A stretch of 64,000 nucleotides of DNA from Octopus vulgaris (lineage: Eukaryota), in contig OX597833.1 in assembly GCA_951406725.2 (NCBI GenBank), positions 70,866,001-70,930,000 on the forward strand. Direction: 5' to 3'. This document shows, one piece after another, positions 45,953-60,250 of the stretch. Every line of letters begins with the position of its first letter. Within the stretch, counting starts at the first letter, position 1. A program made the position numbers and the translations under genes. The notes under the pieces are model-generated. The model made no database searches. It worked only from the letters and a program-made list of their open reading frames with translations, and was not told the DNA's origin.

Positions 45953-46277
45953 TATGAGGGTGAGTCAAAAAGTAATGCCATTTTGTTTAGGACAGGTATA
46001 ATTACCAACACAGGAACAAGTATCATACATCAAAATGAAGCTGCTCCTCTGTGGATCACATCCCTACTTCTCAACATAGTCACCATTTCTCTCAATAGCA
46101 ATGTTCCACCTTCGAATGAGAGCATGTATCCCTGCCCCGTAAAATTCTGTTGACTGTTCTTTGAGCCACTTCTTCACTACAGTTTTCACTTCCTCATCAT
46201 TGGAATAATTTAGCGCCTTCAGGCATTCATCTCTTCAGACCCATGAAAGAGGGTTTGAGAAGCAAACATTATTCCAG
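45953..46277 (-). mobile_element. mariner transposon 3' remnant
   Basis: Minus strand YSNDEEVKTVVKKWLKEQSTEFYGAGIHALIRRWNIAIERNGDYVEK*; terminal TA-tgagggtgagtcaaaaagtaatgcc TIR. Confidence 0.85.
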
Positions 46278-49200
46278 GTAAATCGTAAAATATTGAGTTT
46301 TCTCGAATTTTTACTTAATTGGGGGGTCAAATTGAAAAAACTTTATATGCCATGACCCAATCAAATCTACTTAGAAAAATCATAGGTAAATTCCAATTGA
46401 AGAAATTCTATATTGTAGAATTGTATTAAAAAGGAACATGGGAACAGGCAGAGAAAATCTGCCTTTTATCATAAGAGATTACTCACATTAAATATATATA
46501 TATATACACTCTTTTACTTGCTTCAGTCATGTGACTGTGGCCATGCTGGAGCACCGCCTTTAGTCAAGCAAATCAACCCCAGAACTTATTCATTGTAGGC
46601 CTAGTACTTATTCTAACGGTCTCTTTTGCCAAACCGCTAAGTTACGGGGACGTAAACACACCAGCATCGGTTGTCAAGCGATGTTGGGGGGACAAACACA
46701 AACACACACACATATATACGATGGGCTTCTTTCAGATCCTGTCAACCAAATCTTCTCACAAGGCTTTGGTCTACCCAGGGTGATAGTAGAAGACACTTGC
46801 CCAAGGTGCCATGCAGTGGGACTGAACCCAGCACTGCCTGCTCTGGGAATCAAACCCACGATCTCACAATTGTGAGTGCAACATCCTAACCACTCAGCTG
46901 CACACTCTCACATTGTTATATATTAATTATTTTAGGTAATTAACCTTTAATGTTTCTATCAGTTCGTTGTGTGCCGGTTGTAAAACGTGTGGTGGTAACA
47001 GAATGTGTGTGTGTAGGCACATGTTCACTGGTTAGGGTAGAAGGGTTGTGATTTCTGGGTGGAGGTCTGGGCTATAAAAAAGCTGAATAGTGAGAGAGAG
47101 ATGTTGGTGGTTTTTAAAAACCCATTAACGATATCAGAAATGTCATTTAAAACAACTCATGGGACAGGTTTTTTTTGTTTATTCTTTTTTCCTCTTTTTC
47201 TTGTTTCGGTCATTAGACTGTGGCCATGCTGGGGCACTGCCTTGAAGGGTTTTTAGTCAAACAAACTGACCCTGGTATTGATTTTTTTTAAGCCTGATAT
47301 TTATTCTGTCGGTCTCTTTTGCAGAACTGCTAAGTTACAAAGACATAAACAAACCAACAGCGGTGGTGGGGGGAAAACACAGACACAAAGACACACACAC
47401 ACATATACCACAGGCTTCCTCACAGTTTCCGTCTACCAAATCCACTCAAGGCTTCGGTTGGCCAATGGCTATAGTAGAAGGCATCTACCCAAGATGCCAC
47501 GCAGTGGGACTGAACCCGGAACCATGTGGTTGGGAAGCAAGCTTCTTGCCACATGGCCACTGCTGTGGAGAGTGCTGGTGTAGCCAAATAGTTGAGAAGT
47601 TTGCTTTGCAACATGTGGTTCCTGGTTCAATTTCACGGCTGCCCTGCAAAATGCAGAGAAGCAATGATTGATCTAATGGAAGCCATTGGCCAATGACACT
47701 CAGGTTAACGAAAAGGAGTTACAAGGACATAACCAAACAAACACCAGTTGTCAAGCAGTAACAGGGACATACACACACACATGTATATGATGCGCTTCTT
47801 TCAGTTTCCATTTACCAAATCTACTCACAAGGCATTGAGAATAATGAGAATAAAATAAATTTACAAAGGACGAATGATTTTGTGACATGGCCCATGTGTG
47901 ACTGTGTGGTTAAGAAGCTGGCTTTCTTTTCAGCTCTGTGGTCTTGGGTTCAGTCCCACTGCGTGGCACTATGGGCAAGTGTCTTCTACTATACACCAGG
48001 CCAACCAATGCCTTGTGAGTAGATTTCGTAGACGGAAACTGAAAGAAACCCGTCATGTATGTGTGTGTATATCTTCGTGTTTGTCCTTGTTATTGCTTGA
48101 CAACTGGTGTTTGTTTGGTTATGTCCTTGTAACTTTGTGGTTTGGCAAAAAGATCCGAAAGGATTAAGTACTGGGCTTGATTTTTTGTTTTTACTAAAGT
48201 CTTCAAAACAGTGCTCCAGCATGGCTGCAATCCAATGATTGAAACAAGTAAAAGATAAAAGATTAAGTTCAAGAAATATTCTTTTCTACTCTAGGCACAA
48301 GGCCCAAAATGATTTAGGGGAGGGGGCCAGTCAATTAGATCGACTCCAGTATGCAACTGGTACTTAATTCATTGACCCCGAAAGGATGAAAGGCAAAGTC
48401 GGCCTCAGTGGAATTTGAACTCAGAACATAAAGGCAGATGAAATGCCGCTCAGCATTTCACCTGGTGTGCTAACGATTCTGCCAGTTCACCACCTTAAAT
48501 TCAAGAAATATTATTTTATCTCAGACCTGTCTCAAACCATACTTGGTTCAGTGTTATACTAACTTCCTGGTGTAAAGTGGCTGTGTGGTAGGAAACTTGC
48601 TTTCTAGTCATGTGGTTTGGGGTCCAGTCCCACTGCATGACTATCTTGAGCAAGTGTTTTCTACTATAGCCCTGGACAGACCAAAGGTTTGTGAAGAAAC
48701 CTATCGCATGTGTGTGTGTGTGTGTTTGTCTTTCATTGCCACTTGACAACCTGTGTTGGTGTGTTTATGTCCCTATAACTTAACAGTTCAACAAAAGAAA
48801 CCGACAGGGTCAGTACCAAGCTTAAAAACGATGATAAATTCTGGTGTTGGTTCACTTGACTTAGAATTCTTGAAGGCAGTGCCCCAGCATGGCCACATTT
48901 TTAATGCCTGAAAACCTTCTCTCAAAATATTTCCTTCTTTATTGGTTTCAAGCCTCAGATTAGTAATGACAAAATTATTTCATCAGATTCGTTATCGTAT
49001 TCCTAATAAGCTAAAAATAGATAGGAATAGGGAGACGAAATGGGTTAATTATTAATTAAGAGGTTATTCTAAGTAATTAATCTGACCTAATAAATGGGAA
49101 ATGTTTCTGTTCTGGCCACTCCTTTTCACCCTCAACCATTGTTCGCTCAACTGTATCAAGAGAAAAAAAAACTTATCCTCTTCCTTATTCCAGTGCTTGA

Positions 49201-52200
49201 CTGCTTGATGTTATGGCAGTGTGCCCCAGACTGGCCATGTCGTTTCACCTATCTGTTGGAGGGGAGTCCTGCCATGATTGAGTCAGGATTCAGACAACAT
49301 AGCCATATCCGGTGGCACGTAAAAGCACCCACTACACTCTCGGAGTGATTGGCGTTAGGAAGGGCATCCAGCTGTAAAACCTCTGCCAGATCAAGATTGA
49401 AGACTGGTGCAGTCATCTGGTTCACCAACCCTCAGTCAAAATCGTCCAACCCATGCCAGCATGGAAAGCAGACGTTAAACGATGATGATGATACACACAC
49501 ACACACACATATATATATATAAAAGCACCCACTACACTCTCGGAGTGTTTGGCGTTAGGAAGGGCATCCAGCTGTAAAACCTCTGCCAGATCAGATTGGA
49601 GCCCGGTGCAGCCATCTGGTTCACCAGCCCTCAGTCAAATCGTCCAACCCATGCTAGCATGGAAAGCAGACGTTAAACGATGATGATGATGATGATGAAG
49701 AAGTACAGGGAAAGATAAAAGATAATGGTTGATAAAGCAAGTTTAGCAGCTGTTTTGATTCCTTAAGTTTTTATTTTGTAAAAAGTATCGTCAATCATCG
49801 TTATACAAAAGTGACTCAGATAATTAACCCTTTTGATAACCATCTTAATTACTCTTTTTTACTCTTTCACTTGTTTCAGTCATTTGACTGTGGCCATGCT
49901 GGAGCACTGCCTTTAATCGAGCAACTCGACCCCGGGACTTATTCTTTTTGTAAGCCCAGTACTTATTCTATCGGTCTCTTTTGCCGAACCGCTAAGTGAC
50001 GGGGACATAAACACACCAGCATCGGTTGTCAAGCAATGCTAGGGGGACAAACACAGACACACAAACACACACACGCATATATATATACACATATATACGA
50101 CGGGCTTCTTTCAGTTTCCGTCTACCAAATCCACTCACAAGGCTTTGGTCGGCTCGAGGCTATAGTAGAAGACACTTACCTAAGGTGCCATGCAGTGGGA
50201 CTGAACCCGGAACCATGTGGTTGGTAGACAAGCTACTTACCACACAGCCACTCCTGCGCCTATTAAGACCTTCCATCTGAATTTCACTCTTGTTTCCATC
50301 CCAAACATCTTAATAATCACAAAGTTATTTTAAGAACTTTCCAATGGTTCTCTGGCAACGGGACATGGTTAAAATTGTTTGTTTCAAGCAGTGATTTTCA
50401 GCCGATTTTAGCCTGTGATTCCTACTTCACTGAGGTGAACCCTCACAGCCATTTTGCTGTATGAAAAAAAAAATTCTTGCTAATTAAATTTTAGGAATTG
50501 TATATAAGGCAACGAACTGGCAGAATCGTTAGCGAAATAGGACAAAATACTTAGCAGTGTTTTTTGCCCATCGCTATGTTCTTAGTTCAGTTTCCACCGA
50601 GGTTGACTTTGAGTCATCCTTTCAGGGTCGATAAATTAGGTACCAGTGAAATACTGGGGTTGATGTAATCAACTGGTCCCTTCCCCGCAAATCTCAGGCC
50701 TTGAGGAATTGTATAGAAAAATTAAAATACCATGTGTCTTGTAGAAGTATGATTAGTTTATTGTATATAAATTTTAACACCAAAATCTTATATGATCCCT
50801 AAGGGTGATAGGGACCGCAGTTGAGAACTGGTTTAAAAGGAAAGATTTGTTAGGAAATGTATTGAACTTTATAAAACAACATTGGTAAAACAGTTCCAGG
50901 TTTGGTTCCAGCGTGCAGCGCTTTGGGTAAGGGTCTTCCGCTATAGCCCGGGGTTGACCAATGCCTTGTGAGTGGATTTGGTTGAAGGAAACTGAAAGAA
51001 TCCCATCATATATAGAAGAGAAAAAAAAAGGAAATGAATTGACTATTGTTTACAGAATTTATTGAAATAAAGTCTCCGCATTTATTTCAATAGGAATTGG
51101 GTAACAAAGCGGTTAATATCTTTCTTTTTTTTATATATTAGTATATATTTTATTTTCTCGTGAAAAATATGATAATAAAAATAAGTTAATGGTCATTTTT
51201 GCTTTTTTATAATCAACTGCATTTGAACATAAACTTTCAGAATGGATTTGTGTCTGCACAGTTTCCCACACTCTCTTCATTATTATTATTATTATTATTA
51301 TTAGTTGGGTTTTTTTACTACTAAAAGCGCTTTCCTCATGTGAAACAGGCTGAACGTGTTTTTTGCTGTTGTTTATTTTTAGATTGATCGCATGATCTGT
51401 TATTTTTACGCTTTGTTCATAAATTCTTTATTTTTAACTCCATTCTATAAAAAGGGGTTGAAACAAAACAACACACGGGAGCAGAATACATATACTTAAT
51501 GGCAAGTGCGCACACAGACACAAGCACACATACATACATACATATATCGGGGCCAGTAAAAGAGAAGAGCCAGTATAGTGACATCCTGGGAGCCCCACAA
51601 TGTTTTGAAATGAGATGGCGCGAACCCTTAAGTTTTAAGGACCTCAAAATTGAAAAGCAAGCTAATGATGTCCCCTGAACCGGGCAGGGGAGCAGTATGT
51701 CCTTGAATACATGCTGCCTGCAACATGGAAAATAGATGTAAAATACCAACGATGATGATGATGATGATGATGATGACTTGTAAACCTGTCGTTCTGAACA
51801 ATTTCCCTTTTTATTCAGATGGGCCCTCACAGCCATTTGATGTTTTTAAAATCCTATTTTTGTAATTTGATAATATTAGGAATTATATTAAAAAAATTGT
51901 TAAAATATTTTGTGTATTGTAAGACTATAAGCTATCTGTTGCACATAGATTTTAACAACACAATCTTACATGGACCCCCTAAGGATCTTATGGATCTCTA
52001 AGGTTCTTATGGGCCCCAATTGAAAACTCCTATGCTATGCTAACCCACAAAGTATTAGTCAAGTCCAACTTTACTCCGTTACCACATTGACTAAATTAAG
52101 GGAGTCCTTAAACAACCCTTATCCAGGGACCTTTTGAGTGGGATGGTCTACTCAACCTGAAGAAAAAAATTCTAACTGATCCCCACCTGCAAGGTCATCC

Positions 52201-54224
52201 ATTGTTTATCTTGACATGAGACCACCATGCACATATGGTTGTAATGCACGTACCCTTACCAGACAAGCTTCATATGTTTGTACCCCAGGATGGCATGCAC
52301 TACTCTCTCTCTTACTCAACAGTGGTTTCTCTGTCAGTCACATGTCGGTCAGTTCTTCCTCACAATGAAATAAACTTAGTCATATTGTTTGTCCAGTCTG
52401 CCTAATTAGTGTCTTAGTGCAAACGATGATAAGCTAATGTTAGCTGGGTTCCATCTTTTATCGCTTGAGTGTTGTTTGTACTTTCTCTGACGGTTTTGGT
52501 GAGTGAGGGGGAGAAGTTAAACCAGCAATCTTGTTTTATCTGTTCATTCAAGATATGGTTTCTTATCATCATCATCATCATCACCATATCCACTTTTCCA
52601 TTCTTGCATGGGTCAGGCAGAACTTGTTGAGGCAAATTTTCTCTGACTGGTGCCCTTCCTGCTGCCACCTCACCACTATTTCCCTACAAGGGAATATTTC
52701 CCCACGGCTAAGACAGCGAGCTGGCAGAATTGTTAGCATACCAGACAAAATGCTTAGTGGCATTTCGTCTGTCTTTACATTCTGAGTTCAAATCCTGCCA
52801 AGTTCTAATACCAACTTATCTTTTGTTCCCTTGGTCCACATCTGTAAACTCCTGACACATGGCTTTCACACCTTCTGAGGGGCCTGAAGACTTGTTTTGA
52901 TCACCAACTTTTACTTTCAAATATGCAAAGAGCACCATCCGAGCATGATCGTTGCCAGAGCAGCCAATTGGCTTCCGTGCCGGTAGCACGTAAAAGGGCA
53001 CCATTCAAGCGTGATCATTACCAACGTCGCCTTACTGGCACCTGTGCCGGTGGCATGTGTAAAAAGATTCAAGTGAGGTCATTGCCAGTACCGCCTGACT
53101 GGCCCCGTGCCAGGGACACATAAAAAACACCCACTACACTCTCGGAGTGGTTGGCGTTAGGAAGGGCATCCAGGTGTAGAAACTCTGCCAGATCAAGATT
53201 GGAACCTGGTGCGGCCATCTGGTTCGCCAGCCCTCAGTCAAAATCATCCAACCCATGCCAGCATGGAAAGCGGACGTTAAACGATGATGATGATGATGGT
53301 GATGAATTCTGAGGTTTGACATGGTCCCGTAAACCCATGAAGGTACTTCTCCACCATGGCCATAGTTCACTAAGTGAAACTAATGTAAGACCTATGTGGT
53401 TGGTGGTACATAAACTTCTGGACTGGATAATCCAGATGGCCACCTGTTTATTGTCAAAAGAATTATGTGTTTTTGTTATCGTTAATTAATAGCCTCAAAC
53501 AGACGTAATCTCATTACTCGGGTGTCTTTTCATAACAAAGAATATTTAAAACTCTAGTTTCTCATTCTGTTCTTTTGTGTTTCTCTGTGAGGGCAACGGC
53601 ATGTGCAATTAGCTAATCCTTAATCACAATGGTTTGTGACTGGCGTCTTTCCATCTGTATATTTAGACATTTGTGTGAACCTCCAAATATGGCACACACA
53701 TAGACAGGGTTGTCTGAGGAGATGCTGGTTTTGGCTCATCTATCATATTCTATCTGTCTGTCATATATATATATATATTTTATATATACATAATTTATAT
53801 ATATATATTTATACATATATATATATTTATACATATACATATATACATATTTATATATATATATATATATATTTATACATATATACATATATATTCTTTT
53901 ACTCGGTTCAGTCATTTGACTGTGGCCATGCTGGAGCACCGCCTTTAGTCGAGCAAATCAACCCCAGGACTTATTCTTTGTCAGCCTAGTACTTATTCTA
54001 TCGGTCTCTTTTGCCGAACCGGTAAGTTATAGGGACGTAAACATACCAGCACCGGTTGTCAAGCGATGCTGGGGAGACAAACACAGACACACAATATTCG
54101 TATTTTTTCTTGTGTGTATATATGGACATTTTGTGTGTGTGTGTGTGTACGTGTACATATATACATACACATACAATGTTTCTCCTTATGTACGTGTGTG
54201 TGTGTGTGTGTGTGTGTGTGTACA

Positions 54225-54402
54225 TATAGGAAGCCATCTGCTCGCAATACCAGAGGGCGCGCTCTTTCCTACCCTGATGTAATCTCCAGGGATACAGGCA
54301 TCCAGCAACAGGACCTCCGTAATGCCATGATGGACCGTGAAGTCTGGCGTAGCATGGTAAATTCCATTGTCTCGACCATGGTGGAACAATGATGATGATG
54401 AT
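54225..54402 (+). mobile_element. 3' end of a second RTE-like LINE family
   Basis: RKPSARNTRGRALSYPDVISRDTG..DLRNAMMDREVWRSMVNSIVSTMVEQ* followed directly by (gat)n. Confidence 0.75.
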
Positions 54403-56299
54403 AGGTAGATAAATAGGTAGATGTACATTATTTACCACTTGACTGGGCAGTGTGTGTGTGTGTCTGCATCTGTGTATCTCTCCCTCCCTTTTTAGGGATA
54501 ACGTGGACGCTTATAATTCTGTTGATTTCCTCTATTTATTTCTTTACTACCCACAAGGGGCTAAACAGAGAGGACAAACAAGGACAGACAAAGGGATTAA
54601 GTCAATTACATTGACTCCAGTGCATAACTGGTACTTATTTAATTGACTCCAAAAGGATGAAAGGCAAAGTCAACCTCGGTGGAATTTGAACTCAGAACAT
54701 AACGGCAGAAGAAATACCACTAAACATTTCACCCGATTCTACCCTCTTGCCACCCTGTTGATTTCCTCCATTGACACAAAGGTCAAATGAACAGCTGAAT
54801 ATATATGGGTAGTACTTTATTTCATCGACCCCTTTTCTCTGCAGAACGATGAGAGGCAGAGTGGATAGGATTTGAACCTGGTGCAGAAAAACACATACTA
54901 AAATACAATGACACATTTTGTGCCCCACCCCCACTCAAGGTGGTGGGGTGGGGGCTTTTCTCTTTCTTCTTTTTTTCTATCTTGCAACTTGCTTGCTGGT
55001 CTCACTTGTGTTGGTGGCATGAAAAACAGCACCCGTGTGCACACTGCTGGGGTAGTTGGTCCTTGGAAGGGCATCCGACCATAGAAAACATACCAGAGCT
55101 GAAATGGAAGCTTAACGCAGCCCTGCAGCTCAATGGATCTTTGTCAAATGGGCCAATTCCTGCCAGCTTGGATAACGGATGTTAAGTACTGAGGTGTCAT
55201 TTCCTGTGAATCATCGGAAGTGTAATTATTCTGGCTTTGTCCTTCATCTCAACTGGAAAATCTAAGGACAACTTTCGGATCTTTTCTGTTTTCTTTTGAC
55301 ACATTCTACCAGTATACGAAGTTTCAAATTGTTTAGTTAACTAGGAAAATCTGGCTTTCAAAAGGAAAAGATCCCAACTTTCTTATCACCAGTCTTAGGG
55401 AAGCCTGAAATGGTTCGTGACGCTGTCTTTCCTTCACAAATTTAACCCATTCAAGTGTGGTATTCGCTGGTTTGTAAACAGTGTCCTTTTAAGGAAATGG
55501 TATCGCCTGCTTGCGGTCCACTATGAAAGCATGTCCGGGATTCCTCTTCACCCATCTCGTAATGTAGTGTGGTCTTTGAAAACACAAATCTCGTTCAACT
55601 GGTGTCTTTTGTTTGTAACGGTTCTCTGCATAACCATGTCCCAACTGTTGGTCGTTTGATAAACTGGCATCAGGAAACATTCGCCCTTAGAAAAGAAAAC
55701 TCTAACCCAACTTCGTGTGACTCATACAAACATGGAAAAAGGATGCAAATGTAGATGTTAAAATGATGATCTATCTCTCTCTCTCTCTCTCTCTCTCCTT
55801 CCTCTATCTTACACACATACAAACACACGCATACATTGTGTATCCTGGTTTTAAAAGAGGTTCACTACTTGTCATATAAGCGTGACTAAAAGGGTTGGCG
55901 ACAGGAAAGAGGGGTTGAGTTGTAAAGAGACCCCAGCCCCATGTCGGGACAGCCAACTGTACGTAAACGATAATGGTGATCTTGACGACGACGACGGCGA
56001 TGACTTCGTCCTTTGGAGTGCTTTTGTCAGTTTTAGTATTGTTGTTTATTAATGAGGGGAATATGTAAGACACGGATAAGCATTCTGTCTATCCAATCCG
56101 TGTGTATCAGTGACTGGCTGGACAGAATGCTGAATCATGCTGTTTATGTTTGCTTAGTGGGCCGTGTATTTATCCTCACATGTACCCTGAAACTGTATAT
56201 TATTACACGTGACTAATTCTCCCTGGGTTTACACTGGCAGAGCTGAGTGAGAGAGCAGAAGCAGTCTGTAAAAGAGTTGTGTGTGCGTGTGTGTAAAAG

Positions 56300-56436
56300 A
56301 TAAAGAGAGAGAGGGGAGAGAAAGAAAGAGAGAGAGGGAGAGAGAGAGAGAGAAAGAAAGAAAGAAAGAGAGAGAGAAAAAAAAGAAAGCGAAAGAAAGA
56401 GAGAGAGAGAGAAAGAAAGAAAGAGAGAGAGAGAGA
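56300..56436. repeat. (GA)n/(GAAA)n microsatellite
   Basis: Direct inspection. Confidence 0.9.
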
Positions 56437-58714
56437 ATTAATGGATAATGGTTGTACTGCGCAAATGTTTTTTTGCTAGTTGTTGATTGTAGCCCCAGGT
56501 CAGCTCTGATGGGACATACCTATAATCATTGGCATTCCAGCGGTGACCTTCCCATTTCTTCTTTTTTAATATCGGTGACTATATTTGTTGAATCTGTTGT
56601 CTTAGCTTTTCAAAACGATAGGGTTTTTGATTCAATGGTGGGTTTATTTCTCTTTGCCCCATTTTCACTTCATTTATACCAATTAACCTCGACCATAAAT
56701 GTTTGCAGTTTTTTTTTATCCCTTGAGTGTCTCGTCAACTGAAGGTAAGGGGGGGGGCTGTTGCTGTGCTGATGACGTCTATTGGAGCAGAAATACACGT
56801 CACAGTTGCCGTCCTTTTTTCTTCAAGAACTTCGCGTTCGGGGTGGATAGTCGATTATATCGATCAAGGACCTAATGATGATGATGATGGTGATCCTTTC
56901 TACTATAGGCACAAGGCCTGAAAGTTTTCGGCGAAGGGGAATAGTCGATTACATCGACCCCACAGTGCTCAACTGGCATTTATTTTATCGGCCCAAAGCT
57001 GCGAAAGGCAAAGTCAACCTGGTCGGAATTTGAACTCAGAACGTAAAAAAAGAGAAGTGTCGCTAAACATTTTGTCAGGCGCAAAAATGATTCCGCCAAC
57101 TCACCGCCGTTTTAATAAGAATTAATTTAAATACGAGGCCGGCAGTTTTGAAAGGGGTGGTCCACAAGGTTACATACAGGATATTGGAGACATTAAAAAA
57201 AAAAGGCTAAATATAAAAATATATATATATAGGCGCAGGAGTGGTTGTGTGGTAAGTAGCTTGCTAACCAGCCACATGGTTCCGGGTTCAGTCCCACTGC
57301 GTGGCATCTTGGGCAAGTGTCTTCTGCTATAGCCCCGGGCCGACCAATGCCTTGTGAGTGGATTTGGTAGACGGAAACGGAAAAAAGCCTGTCGTACATA
57401 TGTATGTGTGTGTGTTTGTGTTTGTCCCCCTAGTATTGCTTGACAACCGATGCTGGTGTGTTTACGTCCCCGTTACTTAGCGGTTCGGCAAAAGAGACCG
57501 ATAGAATAAGTACTGGGCTTACAAAGAATAAGTCCCGGGGTCGATTTGCTCGACTAAAGGCGGTGCTCCAGCATGGCCGCAGTCAAATGACTGAAACAAG
57601 GAACAGTTTCGGGTAATTTTACTCGGAGTGAAAAAATAGTGAGAGAGAGAAATGATATTGAATCGAGTTAACTTTCTCATTTACAAATGCGTCGATTTAT
57701 TCACTTGTTTCTCGTTTAGTTTATTAGAAAAAGAAGACGCGAAAACACAGCTAAATAGGAAGAAAGAAAAGTGCTTGGATTTCCTGTAAAGTTGGTGAAC
57801 AAATCGCTGTCATTGGTTCTATTAGAAACAAGGAGTGGCACAGCAGAAAGTCTCTGGCTGATATGTGTGTTATTGTGTGTGTGTTCATTTGTAACTGTTT
57901 GTTCCCGTTTTGTATGTTAATATATGTTAATGACGTAGAAGCTGTCTGTTCTGTTGCTTGTGTATATATGTGCATGTATTAGGACATTAGTTTGTGGGTG
58001 AGACGGGGGAAATTAGACGTGTTTATTTCAGAAAGTGAGTGAAAGAGAGAAAGAGAGAGAGAGAGAGAGAGACCGTGCATAAAAAAAATGTTATGTTTGT
58101 ATATAACAAAGGAAAAAAAAATATGGAGAGAGAGGGAGAGAGAGAGAGATAATTGTATTGTTGTTTAGCTTGAGGATAGCCCTGGTGTCCTGTATTGTAA
58201 TTCTGTTCCCATTGACGAATGCCTTCTAGAAATATTAAATCAACACCAGCTCTTAAATGGTGTTTTATTTATCAACTCCTGAAAGACAAGTTTCTGTTAC
58301 GTGAGATTTGAACTTCTAAACTTTAAAGGCCATGGCTAAATGACATATAAGTATTTTAGTCTGTTAATGTACTGGTCAAGCAGAACTATGATCAAAGACA
58401 TTCTAACTGTGACCAGAGTGTGCAATGTTATTGAAGGAGATTCGCTGCTGTTTCTAGTGGACCAAAGGCCCGAGAGACTCACTTGTTCCTTATTATGTTT
58501 GAAACAGAAAGGGGTTTGTAGGGTTTTGATTTTGGTGGAGCAAATTTGGCCAAATGGTTAAGAAGTTAACTTCACAATTGGGGGTGAGACCCTTGCCTCA
58601 CCCCACCAAAGTTTAATCAGTTGAACATAAGCCTTGCAAATGACTGACTACATGGTAACTCTGTGGAAACCTGTCAGGTTAGCTATACCAGTAATTCAGA
58701 CGGTTCATATATAT

Positions 58715-59284
58715 CTCACTCTGTGAAGAAGTGCCAATCCCAAACTGTTGAAGGAATCCGGGGTAGAGGTAGACCCAGGAAGACATGGGATGAGGTGGTC
58801 AAGCATGACCTTCATATTTTGAGCCTCACAGAGGCTATGACGAAAGACTGAGACCTCTGGAAATATGCTGTGATCATAGAGTGACCCACTGTTCTTGAGG
58901 AGACCAATTGAGTCAAGTACATCAATACCAACACTAAAATAAAAATCAAATGGAAATTGTAGTTAAGATACCCGTGCCAGTGGCACGTTAAAAGCACCAT
59001 CTGAATGTGGCAGATGCCAGCGCCACTTGACTGGCGTCCGTGTCTGTGACATGTAAAAGCACCAACCGATCATGGCCATTTGCCAGCCTCCTCTGGTCCC
59101 TGTGCCTGTAGCACATAAAAATTACCCACTACAGTCACGGAGTGGTTGGTGTTAGGAAGGGCATCCAGCTGTAGAAACTCTGCCAGATCAGATTGGAGCC
59201 TGGTGCAGCCATCTGGTTTGCCAGACCCCGGTTGAACTGTCCAACCCATGCTAGCATGGAAAACGGACATTAAACGATGATGAC
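58715..59284 (+). mobile_element. RTE-LINE 3' end: ORF C-terminus joined to modular 3' UTR and (GAT)n tail
   Basis: VKKCQSQTVEGIRGRGRPRKTWDEVVKHDL..LTEAMTKD*DLWKYAV runs into the tggcacgt-aaagcacc UTR family. Confidence 0.85.
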
Positions 59285-59769
59285 TCTGTCATGCTGATTT
59301 TAATTGAGGGTTATTATTATATTTTAATGGGTCCAAATGTCTACGGCATTCTCAATCATTTGCTCAAAGTTGTGCCCTTCGTCTGCCTAAAGATTACATT
59401 AAAGGAGTCTGTAGAGAATTACATTTTAGGTATTTTTGAGACAATCTCGATAACCATTAGTCTTCATTCTGTAATGTTTTTTGTCAGTTAATCATTGATT
59501 GTCTTGAAATAATAATTTCTAAATTCCTCACAGACCAATTACGGCAGGACATGTGTAGAACTCTGTGAAGCATGCAGTTCTGGAGGGCAACATATCGAAC
59601 TCTGACAGGACACTTCTGGGGTTCTGACAGGACACCTGTAGAATTCTGATTAACCACTGTACTAATTAGTGTCAAACTAATGCAGAATTAGATTCCTAAT
59701 TACTAACAGCTAATTAGTCCATTTAGTGCATCTCAGCTTTAGCTTCAGCTACTCTTGCACTCTTCAGCA

Positions 59770-60250
59770 CAGCAGGCAGCAAGCTTTCTCCACCCAGTTT
59801 GGTCAGCAGCGATTCCATGACCATCTTCAGTTTGTTCCTTTTACACTTGCCCCTTTTACACTTGCCCCTTTCACACCCTTTCACACTTGGTACCCAAGTC
59901 ATGGCTGTTTTTGATTCATCAGCAAGGTGCAACCGGTGTTCTGCTACAGTCTCTTACAATGGTTGTGGCCTTGCTCACTCCAGGATCTTCTCATTTATGG
60001 CATGGTTACCCCGGTTGACCATCAGGATCTTTACAAGCCACCTTTGATAGAATACATTTATTTTTTTTCATTCCTCCTTGCTGATCTTTGATGCTGTCCA
60101 CATGGAATGCATTTGCTGGAACACTGCTGCTGCCGTTCCAACCATGAAACATTTAACCATTTCCTTTTTTACTGTGTATACATGGACAAGTGCATAGCAT
60201 TGGGATGAAATGGCAGTAGTGCTGACATAAATACCCGGGTCCCCTCTTTC
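59770..60250 (-). mobile_element. Degraded RTE-like LINE C-terminal region
   Basis: Minus strand fragments GTAAAVFQQMHSMWTASKISKE and YQRWLVKILMV...NEKILE*AR..ETVAEHRLHLA..KTAMTWVP..GKCKRGK. Confidence 0.55.
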
